DNA of 64,000 nt. It comes from Microthyrium microscopicum. Taxonomy: Eukaryota. Below, in pieces: positions 13,901 through 28,399 of the stretch. Under the pieces are notes generated by a model. It worked only from the letters and a program-made list of their open reading frames with translations, did no database searches and was not told the origin of the DNA. Location: NCBI GenBank assembly GCA_010405405.1, contig MU004232.1, forward strand, positions 7,540-71,539, read 5' to 3'. The translations under genes and the position numbers were made by a program. The number at the start of each line of letters is the position of its first letter. The first letter of the stretch is position 1.

Positions 13901-15984
13901 AATATAGCTTAGAGTATATTTAAATAGATAGAAAGAAAGAAAGTTATAACGCGTAAAATAATAAGAAAAATTATTTATAATATATTTAACTATAGAGCTT
14001 CTAAAAAGCTTAAGTATTAACTAACTAATAGTTATTCTTTATAATTAGGATAAATAACTAGTAAAAAAAGGCTATATATAATTAGTTATTAGAGAACTTC
14101 TTTATAAAATAGAATTTAATAGTATTAATTTTAAGCCTAGAAGTATTCCTATTTCTTTAAATATAACTAAAAAAGATATATTTATAGAAGAGTTAAATAA
14201 AGACTTATTATAAAATCCTTATTAAGACTTTATATATATACTAAAAGATTAGCTCTATATTAACCTATTAGAGGCGTTATTTATAAGTTTAAGTATATTT
14301 AATTCTTTATAAAATTTAGTATATTAAGAATCTCTTATACTAAGACTAAGTAATACATAATATCTATTTATTAGATAGGTATTCTTATATAAATATTACT
14401 TAGAATCTATTACTAATAGTATAAATATACTTTCTCTAATACTTAAAGAATTAAGATAAAGAAAAATAGAAAATTAGTTATAAATTCTAATCTTTTCTTT
14501 AATAAAGAAAGAATTAAATATATAAAATAGATAAATCTTTACTACTATTAGTTTAAATATACTATTTTTAGAAGCTAAGAAAAAATCTACTTAGTAAAAA
14601 AATCTAATTATTTAAGCTTTTTTACTTAATTCTACTATAGATTTAATAGAGTAATTAAAAATATTATAAAACTATAAAAGTAATATTTTTATTATAGATT
14701 ATAGAAATAATTTAAGCTTATTAGATTAGTAAGATCTAATAAATACTACTATACTAATAATATTAGAGTTAATTAGTAACCTTAACGTAAAATATTCTAT
14801 ATTTAAAGCTACTTAAATTATATAGCTTAGCTTAAAAAACTTATAAAAGAAGGAATAGTTCCTTTTTAAAGAACTTAAAAAACTAGTATAGAACTATATA
14901 TAGATAGTAAGTATATATTATCTAAAATATTAAAAAAATATAAAGATTTTAAGATCTTTAATAATTAAAACTTTTTAAAACTTATTACTATAATGTAATT
15001 TAAGTAAAGAAAGGAATACTAATTTAAAAAGCTAAACTATATCTATTCTTTTAATAATAACCTAGATCTTATAAGATTTTCTGTAGAATTTTAGAAAATA
15101 GATAAGTTTTAAATTTAGACTAAATACTAACCTTAAAGATAGAATAATACTAGTATAAAGATTAACTTAAGTAGTATTAAAAGGGAATAAATCCTAAAAA
15201 GCTACTCTTATATATTTAAACCTACTTAATTTCTATATTTCTTAATAGTATTAAAATAAATTAGCTTTAAAGTGTAAAAACTTATTATTTATACTAACTT
15301 ATACTATTATTATAAACTTTAATAAAATACTTAAAAAAAGAAAAGACTATAAAAAGGAAATTAGGAGTCTAACTATACTTATTAGTTTAAATATAGCTTT
15401 AGAAATAGACTTTATCTAAGACTTAAAAGATTTATATATAACTAACTTTATACTAAATAGGACTTACTTTTAGAAAGAAAAAAAGCCTAACTAAAAAGAA
15501 GCTTTTTTTATTTATAGATTAACTTATATACTAGAGAAAATAAATTCTTAAGATCTTACTATAATAAAGTAGATTCTACTATACTAATTACTTAATAAAC
15601 TTCTAGTAAAACCTTTATTAGATAAATATTAGTTAATAGTTAATATAACTAAATTATAAAGAGTAAGAACGCTACTAGTAGATATAATAGTAAACTCTAT
15701 AACTAAAAATATAATAAGAATAAGACTAAAATAATAAATTAAATAACTAAAACCTTTATATCTTAATAATATACTATAAGGAATCTAAAAATATTACCTT
15801 AATAAAGTAATTAGTAAAAAAAAGTCTAAATCTATTAATATAGTAGTAAAAGATAAAACTATAACCTTAAAGAAGATCTTATATTAAGAGAAAGAAAAGT
15901 AGTCTAATTTATTAAAAAAGTACTATTAGTATAAAAAGCTTTACTTATTCTATAAACTTTTATTAAGAGTTATATATAAATCTT
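10933..15984 (+). pseudogene. Gypsy gag/aspartic protease relic plus long spacer (start approximate)
   Basis: 12712-12747 reads V F L N K S S I I N L I, consistent with RIPed VFLDGGSxxNLI retropepsin motif; codon-like + strand bias. Confidence 0.65.
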
Positions 15985-18900
15985 ATTTATTATTTTTTAG
16001 CTACGCTAATGAGCTATATAGACGCTACTCTTACTTTTAGAAAAACCCCTATAGAGAAACCTATAGTATTCCTTTAGTTACCTTCTAGTAGCTTTATTCT
16101 ATTATTATTATAATACTCTTTTAGTCTACTACTTCTAAATAGAAGGACTTATATTATCTCTCTATAAACTATAAGCCTACTAAAGAAATTCTAGTTAGTA
16201 GGTTAATATAGTAGATAACTAGTAGTTACTAACTACTAGGGGCTCTATATAGCTTAAGTATACTATACGTTATATAGATTCTATACTACGCGTTAGAATC
16301 TTAATCCTTAATATTATCTTTATTACTAGTTTCTCTTTTAGAACTTATTTATTACTTAATTGCTTAAGGCTATAGTATCTTCTAGAATAGATTAGATTTA
16401 GCTTCTTAATACCTATTTTTATTTAGTATTACCTTATTATTAAGTTTTGCTATTATAGTTTAATAAGTTCTTATTAATTTTTCTCTTCTTAGAAGCCTAT
16501 AGCTATTATCCTTATATAGTTAACTTTCTATATAGTTTTATAATAAATACGTATAATACGTATTTTTAAGTTTTTATAATTAATTTTTGCCCTTAATAAG
16601 CTTTAGTATTACTATAGCTCTTAACTATATTAAGCTCTCTCTTTTAATACTTATTAAGTAGGATATCTATAATACTCCTTAGCTAAGTTTTCTTTATTAA
16701 TCTATACTCTTTAATATTATATAATAGGCTATTAAATAGTTACCTTTAAGTTTCTAGTAGTCTATATAGTCTACTTCTAAGGTATAAAGTATTTTAAATC
16801 TATATAATTTTAATTACTTTTTTCTTTCTAAGTTTTTATTATGCTTTCTACTCTTTCTAATTCTTTTTCTAAGAGTAAGTTCTCTATAAGCTTTTCTTCC
16901 TTTTCTTCTTCTTACCTTTAAATACTTAGTAAATATCTTATGCCTATAGGTACCTTCTTTCTATTATCTCTAAAGAAGGTAAAAACTACTTTATCTATAA
17001 ACGTTAAAAATACTACTTTATTTTTAGACGTAAAATTAGCTAGTTCTATTCTAGCTTCTATTATAAGTCTTTTAGTATTTTTTTATATATAGTATTAACT
17101 ATTATAATATAGACTATATACGCTTCTAGTATAAGAATTTATTTATATTATCTTTAAGCGTTATAATATTATATAGAGTTACTTAATAGTAAGTACTTAA
17201 TTAGTCTTAGTATACTTACTATAGTAATTACTTATATCTATAGTTAGACTAACTCTAGCTAGCGTTCTTACTTTTATTATAAAAAGTAACGTTCTAAGTA
17301 TAAGGCTATAAGTATATTCTTACTCTTAATCTTTTATCTTTTTTAATATTATAATAAGGTACTAATAAAATTAAAGAAGTAGAATAAGTACTTTTAATAC
17401 GCCTTTAATAAGGTAATAGCTAACCTAGTTAATTCTTATTAAGGTATTAAAAAGTACGTATTATTAAATATAAATAAAGAGGCTACTAAATAGGTAGAAG
17501 TTATAAAAGGTTTAGTAAATAAGTTTACTAGCTATAAAGCTTAGTTTACTTCTACTATAGCCTTACTAACGTAATAAAAAAAGAAGAAGCTAAAAATTAA
17601 TATAGCTATACTAGCTACTAATTTAGCTTATCTATAAGCTATCTTGCTAAAACTTTATACTTAAAGTATAAAGATAAATTTATTAGTAAAAATATTTTAG
17701 TTATTAAATAGAGTAATATTATTATTTAATAAAGAGTAGTAAATAAATATAGAATAAAATTAATTACGTTTCTAAATTTAGCTATTTTCTTTATAATTAT
17801 ATATTACTAGCTTATTAGTACTATAGTATTATAGTTAGTTATTTATAAGATCCTTAAGTTTTAGTAGTTCTCTATACGCCTTAAAGTCTATTTCTATAAT
17901 CTTTTTAGTTAGTCTAAATTACTAAAAAGCTCTACTCTTTAGTAGCTATCTAGCTACTACCTAGGTATTCCTTAGATTAGAGAATATATAAGCCTTATTT
18001 AGTATTATTACTTATTTTAGTAATCTTTTTCTATAATATTATAAATAGTTTAGTAGTATATAATAAACTATTTATTACTAATAATTATATAGGTACTATA
18101 GTAGAGAAACTATTAGTACCTATATACTATATAGTTAGTTATTAAGTTTAATAACTTCTAATTATATAAGGAAAAGCGCTATTACTTATACTTTATTAAG
18201 ATTATTATAAAGCTTAATTAATTAGTTACTTTATAATATTCTCTACGTTATAGTAGTATATTATTACGTCCTTATAAGCTATATCTAAGCATTTATCTAG
18301 AGCCTATAGTAATATACCTTAATTAGAAATATCTCTAGTTCTAGTTTAATTTTTATTTCTTTTTTCTTTTATAGTATACTATTTATTAGTTATATTACTT
18401 ATTTATAATTAGTATCTTGCTTCTACTTTATTTCTAATCTCTTCTTTTATTACTTTAGTACGTTAATTCTTTAAGCTATAACTTTAGTTATATGTATCTA
18501 TACTAGTTTAAGTATTACTAGGCTTCTTAATTATTATTACTAAGAAGATATTCTCTAGTTCCTTAGGAGATTTACCTAGTATACTTTAGTAATAATTTTG
18601 CTTATCTTTTATATTATTATTAAGTCTTTATTCTTATTAGTATATTTCTCTACTAAAATTATAGTATTTATCTAGAGTAGTTTAACTTCTATTTCCTTAT
18701 TTAATAAAGTAATAAGAGTTCTTTAGTATCTTCTTATTATCTTATAAAGTATATTATTCTAAACTACTACTAGTAGTTTATAATAATCCTTTAGTATCTT
18801 AAGGAATAGTAATCTTAAATTCTATACTTATACTCTATATATAAAGGTTAGCCTAATAACTACTATATAAAGGAGCTTTATCTTTCTAAAGACTAGTCTT

Positions 18901-21900
18901 TATCTTAACTATACTATTCTTAAAAATACTACTACTTACTTAAATCCTTTAGTTCTAGTCTTTTTAATATAGTCTTTTTAGTTTATTCTTTTATTTACCT
19001 ATATACTTAGTACTCTAATACTCTTTAGTATAAGTTTAGTAAATATACTATCTATTATTACTATAGATTATAAGTCTATTTCTAAGTAGTAAATATTCTA
19101 AGTAAAGTATATTACTTAATACTTATTAAGGATAAACTTTACTCTATACCTATTTACTTAGTTAGTATACTTTTAATAAGCTTCTTCTAGTCTTATATAG
19201 TTCTTTTAAGTAGTATTACCCTATATAACTAATATAGTATTATTTATAAAGCTAAATCTAAAGACGTTATTACTTATATCTTAGAAGTATTCTAATAGTT
19301 TTAATATAAAGAAGAGGAAAAGAATAAGTAAGAAAAAGAATCTCTAGAGGATTCCTATATTAGTTATTATTACTAGGCTTTAGTACCTAGTAAATATAAT
19401 TTAGGTTATATAATTAATAGTAAAGCTTACTATTATATTAATTAGCTACTAAGAGACTTTCTTTATCTCTAGAATATAAAGAAGCCTTCTTAAATTAATG
19501 TTATTATATACTTCTTAAAAGTTAAGGCTAAGTACTAATACTATAGCTTTTACGTTTTCTTTTTATACTATCTTAATAGTACTCTTTAAGAGCTATACTA
19601 CTATTAGTATTAACTATCTTACCTTAGCTTTTATTTAGTTCTAAGGTAGTAAGTTATTATCCTTTACGAGTTAGGTAAGTTTATTAGTAATAATCTTTTT
19701 AACTAACTTTATTATTATATTTTTAAAGATAATTAGCTAGTAGGCTACTAATAGTAAATAGTTTTTCTTACCTAGCTTTTTTAATATTAGTATATAAAAT
19801 TACTTTAAATATTTTAGGATTATGCTACTTATTAGTATTTTACTAATTATAAGTACTAGTTTTTTACTAAATTCTATTAGTTTTAGATTATTATCCTTCT
19901 TTTCTAGTTATACTTTAAGCTTAAAAGCCTTTAAGACTTTATTTAGTATATTAATAGGTCTTATTACTTTATAATTTAGGAGGCTACTAATTACGTAATC
20001 TATCTTTTCTACTATTATCTTATAATTTATCTCTAGTTCTAGGAGTAGAATAGCGTCCTTTATATTACTAAAGTCTACTACCTCTATTTAAGGGAAGAAC
20101 TTTATAAATAGTATATCTATTTTACTTTAATTATTATAAGTATAGTTATTACTAGTAGTTTATCTAAGTGCTAATAGGTATAAGTCTTTCTTTAATCTAC
20201 TAGCTTTAGCTTTTATTTATTTACTTATTCTCTATAAGCCTTAATTCTTATAGCGTTTATAATTCTTTATAATCTCTTCTATAAAGGTTTACTAAAATAC
20301 TACTTTATCTTAATATAGAGATTTTCTTAGCTAAGCCATAACTAACTTATATATATACTTATTCTAGTTAGTTCTTATTTAGAAGTATCTTTATTTTACG
20401 TAGTACTTCTTTTATATTAGTAAGGTAATTATAAGTAACTATCTATATAAAGCTTACTTTAAGGATTTTACTTTTAGGTAGTAAATTTTTAGTACTTTTA
20501 TTATTATTCTATATAGGGCCTTTATTAATATATCTTTAGTATCCTATAAGCTATTATTTACGTATTTAATAAATTATTCTATATCTAGTTTTTATATATT
20601 ATATTATACTTTTAGTATATACTTCTCTTATCCTAAGGTTAGCTAAATTAATACTAAGATATAATCTTTTATTAGTACTTAAGTATTAACTAGGCTATAA
20701 AACTCTAATCTTTCTTAAAAGAACTAAAATAAGAACGTAAAGTTAATTACTATCTCTACTACTCTTACTCTCCTTTCTTTATATAATTTATAGGTTAGTT
20801 CTCCTTCTAGTATATATAGATAGAGCCTTTACTTAATTATATCTTAGAGTAAGGTATTTACTTAGGGTTTAGTAGCTAATACTACGCCTTTTTATTAATA
20901 ATAATAATAGTTAAAGTCTTTTACTAATAGGATCTCTTCTTCTACTTTATTAATTATCTTTATTAGTATTAGGTATTTAGTAATATAGTTATAGTTACTT
21001 ACTACTAAGCCTTTATTATATATATTAATAATTATTAGTATTATATACCTATATTAAAGGCGTAGTATTAAGATAAATTAGTTATAATATCTTACTTATT
21101 AGTCCTTTATATTAAGTACTTTACTTATTATAAAGTATACTCTTAATTAATTATTTTAGTTATATATTAGTACGTAGCTAAAAGAGTAGTATATCTCTTC
21201 TAGCTTTATAATTCCTTTAGGGTCTTAGATTATTATAATTAGTTACTTAGTATTATTTAATATATTAAAGAATAGTCTTACTTCTTTCTTATTTAATCTC
21301 TTATAATTATATTATATAATATTAATACTATTTATCTAAGTCTATTATTTAGATTCTATTTATTTTATTATTAGAAGTTAGCTTAGAATTATTTATAGTC
21401 TATCTTACTCTTCCTTAATTATTCTCTTATTAGTTTTTTAGGGCGCTATCTCTTATAGTCTATAAGCTATTATTACTTTTATTAAAGTTAAATATACTTA
21501 TAATTAATTTCTAAGTATCTTAGACTAAGTTATTATATACTTTATTCTTTATTTCTTATAATACTAATAGTCTTCTAAGGTTCTTAGTTTCTACTTTTCT
21601 TTTCTTTATACTATTTACTATAGTATATTTATTATTATTTATAAGCTAGATTAGTATAGTTTAAGTAGGCGTTATAGCTTTTATCTATTTTATATATCTT
21701 TTATTTACTACCTAGAATCTTTTTATACTCTTAAAGTAGGTTTAGTATACTTTATATATATTTTTCTACTATATATAATATCTTTAGGTTTACTCTTTTT
21801 CTTTTCTTCTTTCTTTTTTATTATTTTTATAGTTAGAGTACTAGACTAGACTTATTCTAGTATAGTTCCTAGTATTATAATTACTTATATATTTACTATA

Positions 21901-22948
21901 ATTTAGTTTATACTAAGTATAAGCTATTTACGTATAGCTTTAGACTTAGTAATAAAAGTACTATTTAGTAGTATATTTTAAGTTATATAATCTAATAAAG
22001 AGCTTCTTTACTCTAATAATAAACTTCTTCTAAATAATCTTGTCTCTTATTACTATTATTAGGTAGTATAATATAAGTAATTCTTTAGTATATACCTTTC
22101 TATACTTTTCTAGTTCTTCTTTTACCTATTTATACTCTACGCTTTTATAAAGCTACTAAACTACTTCTATTTCTAGGTATTTAAACTTTATTTTATTTTT
22201 ATTAACTAGTTCTTTAATTAGTTTACTATTATTTATATTCTTACTATAGGCTATATTTAGTTTAAGTAGAGCCTTTAAGATCTTTACTAGATAGTCTTAT
22301 TATAAAAGTTAAACTTTATCTAAGTCTATTTAGTATAGCCTATTTTAAATATAGTCCTTATTTAATTATATATTAACTATAATGTTAATATTCCTACTAG
22401 GTAGTAGCTTAATAGCTATTACTTATAGAATAGTTTCCTTAATCTTTTTAAATAGCTTTATCCTATCTTGCTTATTTTCTTCTAATATATTTTTAACTAC
22501 TTTTATAATATTAATTTAGACCATTAAGTTTATAAAGAGGGCCCTTTAGTTAAGGATTAGTAGGTTAGGTTCTTTTATAACCTTTACCTAAGAGTTAGAG
22601 GTTATTTTAATCTTAGTAATCTACTTTATAATTATATTAAGTTTTTAGTTAAGACGCGTCTTAAAGCGCGTTAGTAGAGAGGCCCTATTTATAGTTAAAG
22701 CTATATAGAATACTAGTTATTTAACGTAGTCTTATACTATAACGAAGGATATATAGTATTATACAAAATTAGCTATTAGTTAGTTAAGGAATAGTTATAT
22801 TAGATTTCCTTTTTTAGATATAAGTCTTCCTAATAGTACTTTAATTCTTCTCTATACTCTTATAAGTAGTAGTTTTAAGTTATCTTTTCGTTTCTATATT
22901 ACCTCGTTTTTAATATAGGTAGCCTTTATAGTAATAATAGCTATTTAC
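15985..22948 (-). mobile_element. RIPed Tad-like LINE (non-LTR retrotransposon) nested in the Gypsy element
   Basis: Minus-strand RT motifs after de-RIPing: LPNxKAxGPxxIPNEALK (~19935-19985), YRPIALEN (~19720-19745), LSLDFQGAYDNI (~19497-19535), GIPQGSPLSPILF (~19310-19355), GFGFVDDT (~19240-19262); A-rich tail at 15985-15998; 10-bp TSD TATAAATCTT at 15975-15984 and 22949-22958. Confidence 0.9.
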
Positions 22949-22958
22949 TATAAATCTT

Positions 22959-25900
22959 TATTTATCTTTATAGCGCTAGCTATTACTTACGTTTAGTTAA
23001 AAGTTATACTATTATAATAGTCTTAATAAGACGAATCTAATAATAATAGTTTTATAGAATAATTCTAAGAAATTAATCTTTTAGTATAATAATACTTTTT
23101 TTTATTAAGAGTTAATAAGGTAAAACTAATCCTTTCTACTAGTCTAGTACTAATATATATATATAATAAAACGTATAGATAAGTAATATTAAGATTTTCT
23201 ACTAACTACTAATCTAAAGATTCTTAGCGCCTAATATTAAGTATATTTAAAGGTATAATTATAGCCTAGATCTTTACCTAAATTAAGGTAAGTCTAGACT
23301 TTATTAATAGTATACTAATAACTAATACGTAATAAAGAAGGCTTTACTATATACTATATATTTAGAGAGATTTCTTTATTAAATTATTAAAGTATATCTA
23401 GATAATAAATTTTATTATATATTATATTTTAACTTATTTAGAAGCTATATTAAAAGTAATACTACTTAAGATTCTAATAAAAAAAGATAAAGCCTACTAG
23501 ATAGTAGTTATTCTAAAGCTACTAAAAGTAATAATTATAATATACTATATCTTAAATTAAGCTATAAAAGAATAATTAATACTTAAGAAAAGATATAAGT
23601 ATAAGCCTATATAATTTATAAATAGATAAACCTATAATTTTTAACTAGTTAATATAGTAACTATTAAAAGCTACTATTTAATAAAATAAAGTAAGCTTAT
23701 TCTTAATAAGCTTTATAAGTCTAATTATAAAATATTTTTTAAGATAAATATAGCTAATAAATACTAGTTAGTAGGTATCTATATAAATAATATTTATAAA
23801 ATAGCTTTTAATATAATATATAGTTAAATAGTTTAGACTTAGATAGGATAAAAATTAATAAATACTTATAAGACCTATTAGAAGTTAAAGGATTTTATAT
23901 TTAGTTCTATACTAGCTTTTAGCTTAGAATCCTTATTTCTAAACTATTATAATAAAGCTATAGTAGTTAACTTTATAGATAATAATATAAGAAGTATAAA
24001 AGATATAGATGTAATAATTAAGTTTTTATATAAATATTACTTTCCTTATATAGCTTAAGTAAAGCTTATATTTAATCTAGATAAATATTCTTTTACTTAT
24101 TCTTTAATTTACGTCTTAAGTATATAAATAAATTAGAAAGAAATTAAATTAGATAATATTAAAATTAAAGTAATTATAGAATATTCTATACTTATAAACT
24201 AAAAGTAAGTTAAGTAATTTAATTATATACTACTATTTTTATAAAATAGAATTCGTAAGTAATTAGAATTAACTTAGATCTTTAAGAGAGTTACTATAAT
24301 AATTAGAAAAAGAGTTTAGAACTTAGTTATATAAAAGTATTAGATATATAAAGAAGTTAAAGCCTTTAAATAAAAAGTAGAGTAATAAAAAATATTCTAA
24401 AGAATAAAGAATATAATTACTATAAGAACTAAAAAAAATAGGAATTTAAATCTATAATACTACTTTAGTACTAACGTATTTAAGACAAAATATAGTAAAT
24501 ATTTATTCTAGCTTTCTAATTACTTGCTAAAAGTTATAGAAAATAAAGTTCCTATTAAAGAATACTCTCTAGTCTTATTCTATTTAGTATAATTCTTAGA
24601 TACTAAAAGAAACTATAGGACTATAAAAAGAGAAGTACTAGTCTTATTAAAAATAGTAAAATATTTAAGTTAGCTCTTTATTAGTACTTAATTTCTAGTA
24701 ATAATCTATACTAACTACTTTACTATTATTTAAATTATTTAGGAAGATATAGTTAATATAGCTTAAATTACTTCTTAGAAGTAATAACTACTTAAGTATA
24801 ATCTAAAAATTATATATATCCTTAAAAAAGATATTACTATTATAAATAAATTATCTTAAGTTAGTAGTAATCTAGCCTTATAAGATACTAAAATATATAA
24901 AACTTCTAAAGTTAATATAGTTACTAATAAATCTAGAACTCTTTCTAAATATTTATATTCTTAGGAACTAAAAAGTAAAAATCTTTAGAAGAAGATAAAT
25001 AAAGATCTTAAGTCTTAGAATAACTAATTAGTAAATTCTTAGTATAAGGAGAAGGTTTTCTTTCTCCTAACTAAATAAATATAATAAATTTTAGTAATAA
25101 GTAAGAATATACTTAAATAAGTTTAATAAAAGCTAGTACGTTAAATAAAGTATTTTTAACTTATTTAGAAATCTAAGCTTTACTTAGCTTATTATAAAAG
25201 AAATAGAGAGCTAGCTTATTACGTTTCTAGTAATTAACTCTACGTAGTACTTAAAAGAACTTATAATATATATAGATATTAGATAGTAGATAGAACTCTT
25301 TAGTCTATTATTAGAAGATATTACTAGCCTTTATAAATTTAGAATATTTAGTAATATACCTAGAAATATCTTACTTATTAACTATTTAGACCTAAGTAGT
25401 ATACTAAGAATCTAACTTTAATTTTATAGCTATAACTTTAGGACTATATTTTTTTTAACTTACTAAGTCTAATCTTTCTAATATTAAAAAAAGGAAATAG
25501 ATATATTATAGTCTTTTAGGACTATGCTATATAATTCTTTACTAATAAAGCTATACTAAAATATAAAGGTATTTATATCTAGAAAGTATTCTATAAGAAA
25601 GTTCTTTTATAAGCTAGATATTTACTAACTACTTTCTTAAATAATAGTATCTAATTCTAAGATAGAAAGTTTATAAATAAGCTTAAGCTTAATACAATAA
25701 AGATATTCTTTAGTTTATTATATTATCCTTTTTCTACTAGTTTTATTAAAAAGCTAGTCTATATAATTAAGGTAGAGATAGTTAAATATATTCTTAATTA
25801 TCCTAAATAGCTAAAATATTAGTATAAAGTAGTAAACTAGTAGTTTAAAATACTAATAAGTAGACTATTAAAAATAGAGAAATATATACTTAAAATATTA

Positions 25901-26400
25901 TTATATAGATTTTAACTTTAAAGAATATAGGACTTTATAGTTAATAAGAAACTTAGATAATTAATAATAAATCTAGGTTTATAAAAGAAAGTTATCTTAT
26001 TAAGGCTTAATACTATAGCTTAAGTAAATTAGATAGTAAAGCTAGCCTAACTAGATAAAATTAAAGAGTATACTATAGAAAATTACTTTACTAAAGTAAT
26101 ATAATACTCTAATAAAAACCTTTTAATAAATAATAATAATATAGAGCTAGGAGATCTAGTATTTATAAAGAAAGTCTATTTAAATAAATAAAAAAGCTAA
26201 GCCTTTTAGCTATAATAGGCTAGGCCCTATATAGTAAAGTCTCTTAATAATAATAGCTAAATAGTTATAATAAAAAAAATCTTCCTAGATTAAACTTATA
26301 AAGATATATAATAATATTTAGATAATCTAAAGATTTATCTAAAAAAAGAGAAATCTTTCTAAATCTTAAAGAATCTAGAAGAATAAATAAAGGAATTATA
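22959..26400 (+). pseudogene. Gypsy pol relic: reverse transcriptase, RNase H, integrase
   Basis: De-RIPed motifs: LYxxLYIWRDFF (~23340), FxDD (~23972), DxxKIKAIxEYPxPTN (~24151), STDASKTGYGGxLFQ (~24467), RNYxTTEREAL (~24609), IYTDH (~24704), HIPGKDxxxADGLS (~24813), integrase FLDNGxQF (~25634) and YHPxSTG (~25722). Confidence 0.85.
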
Positions 26401-27409
26401 AAGTAATATACCTATTTAGTAAAACGTATTAAAATAAGAATAGTTACTAGAGTTTAAAGAGCTTAAAAATAAGAAAGTTTCTAAATAAAGATAGGAGTAG
26501 TTATAAAAATCTAAATAATTTAGCCTAAATAATAAGAAGGATAATAATCTAGAATATTAGCGTTATTATAAACTAGATTTAAATAAAGTAAGTAAGAAAG
26601 TTTATAAAACAAAATTAGTATTTCTATATAATAAGCTATTAGATATATTTAGTTCTTAAAGTATAAACTAAGTAGAAACTATAATAAGTAAGTTACTAGT
26701 AAGGATAGCTAACTAATAAAATATATATCTATTATTAAACTATTACTTCTATTTTATAGAGAGACCTAAATTATATAATAACTAGACTAAAAAACTAGTT
26801 AGAAGAAAATCCTAACTTAGTAAATTATTTACGCCTATTTATTTAATAATAAGGCTAGTAAGCTATTTTCTATTTTAATAGATTATTAAGAAATTTCTAA
26901 ACTATAAAGAGTTAAATTACTACTATTAGTTTAAATATACTATAATAAATATTAAAATATAATATCTTTCTTTTATAATATATAATTTAGAATATTACTT
27001 TTTAAATAAATAGTTAAGATAATACTAGGTATTATATAAAAGAGTATCTATTCTATAATACTACTCTTTATAGAAATATAGAAATACTATATATATATTT
27101 ACTATAAGTTTAAATATACTTTAATGTATACTAAAATAAAATAAATTCTAAGTACTTAGAAAATATAATAAACTATACTTATCTATTTAATAATAAGGCT
27201 ACAAAGTACTTAGTAAAAATAGAATCTAGGTATAAAATAATACAAATACTTTATAAAGAATAATAAAAGAAGTAAAAGATTAATAGATCTTTTATAATAT
27301 AACTTAGAATAAAGTATTCTTCTATAAGACTAGATATACCTAAAATAACTAAAGATACTACTATAGGTTTAATAATACCCTAATAGAGAAGATTATATTT
27401 CTATAATAA

Positions 27410-27530
27410 AGAAAAATATTCTAAGTATAATATTCTAAGAGATATATAAATATCTCTATACTTTTAATAGAAAAAAATATTCTAAATATAATATTCTAGG
27501 AAGTATATAAATAATCTTATACTCCTATTA
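27410..27530. repeat. ~60-bp tandem duplication inside the Gypsy 3' region
   Basis: AAAAATATTCTAARTATAATATTCTA...TATATAAATA repeated at ~27412 and ~27473. Confidence 0.75.
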
Positions 27531-28399
27531 GTTTAAATATAATATCTTTATATTATAAATATTAATAAATTTATAATTAGCTAAGATACTATTTAATATT
27601 TATATTTTAACTAAACGTAGTAGTAAAAATTCTTAAGAAGAGCTATAGTAATATATTTTCTTAGAAAAAGCTATATAGCTAATTTAGGCGCTACTATACC
27701 TTTAAATATACTATTTCTAACTAGGCAAAATATATATAGAATTCTATAAAACTTAGAGAATAAAGTTAACTCTCTATACTATTTTAGAAACTTAATAATA
27801 ACCTTTATTATCTATAAGATAACTTAGCTATAAAATCCTAATATTCTATATCCTTACTTATTTAATAATAATTTTTCCTTTAGAGTTATATAATAAGAAT
27901 TTAGATATACTAAATTAAGAAAGCTAGATTTTAATAATATATTTATAAAGAAATATAATTAATACTAATAAGTAAATAAAAATCTAACTTAATAATATAA
28001 ACCTTTAGGAATTTAATAACTTAAGAGCTAACTTTAGATTTCTTACTATAGGAGATAAAGTTACTACTTCTATATATTTAAATGTAATTAAGAACTTCTA
28101 ATTTTAAAAGCTATAATTACTTTTTAAAAAGGCTAATAAAGAGTTAATAAAATATTTAGCTTTAAAAATCTAAGGATCTAAGTATAACCTTCCTAAGTAG
28201 GTACTAATATTTAATTAAGAAAGAAATAAATTATTTACCTACTAGTATATATTCTACTTCTCTAAATTAAATTACTCTATTCTCTTTATACTATACTTTA
28301 TAATAAGATATTCTAAAATTATAAGAATAGATACTATATAAAGATATATTAATAGATTTTAGTATTACTATTAAAAATAGTAGATTTAGTAAATACTAC

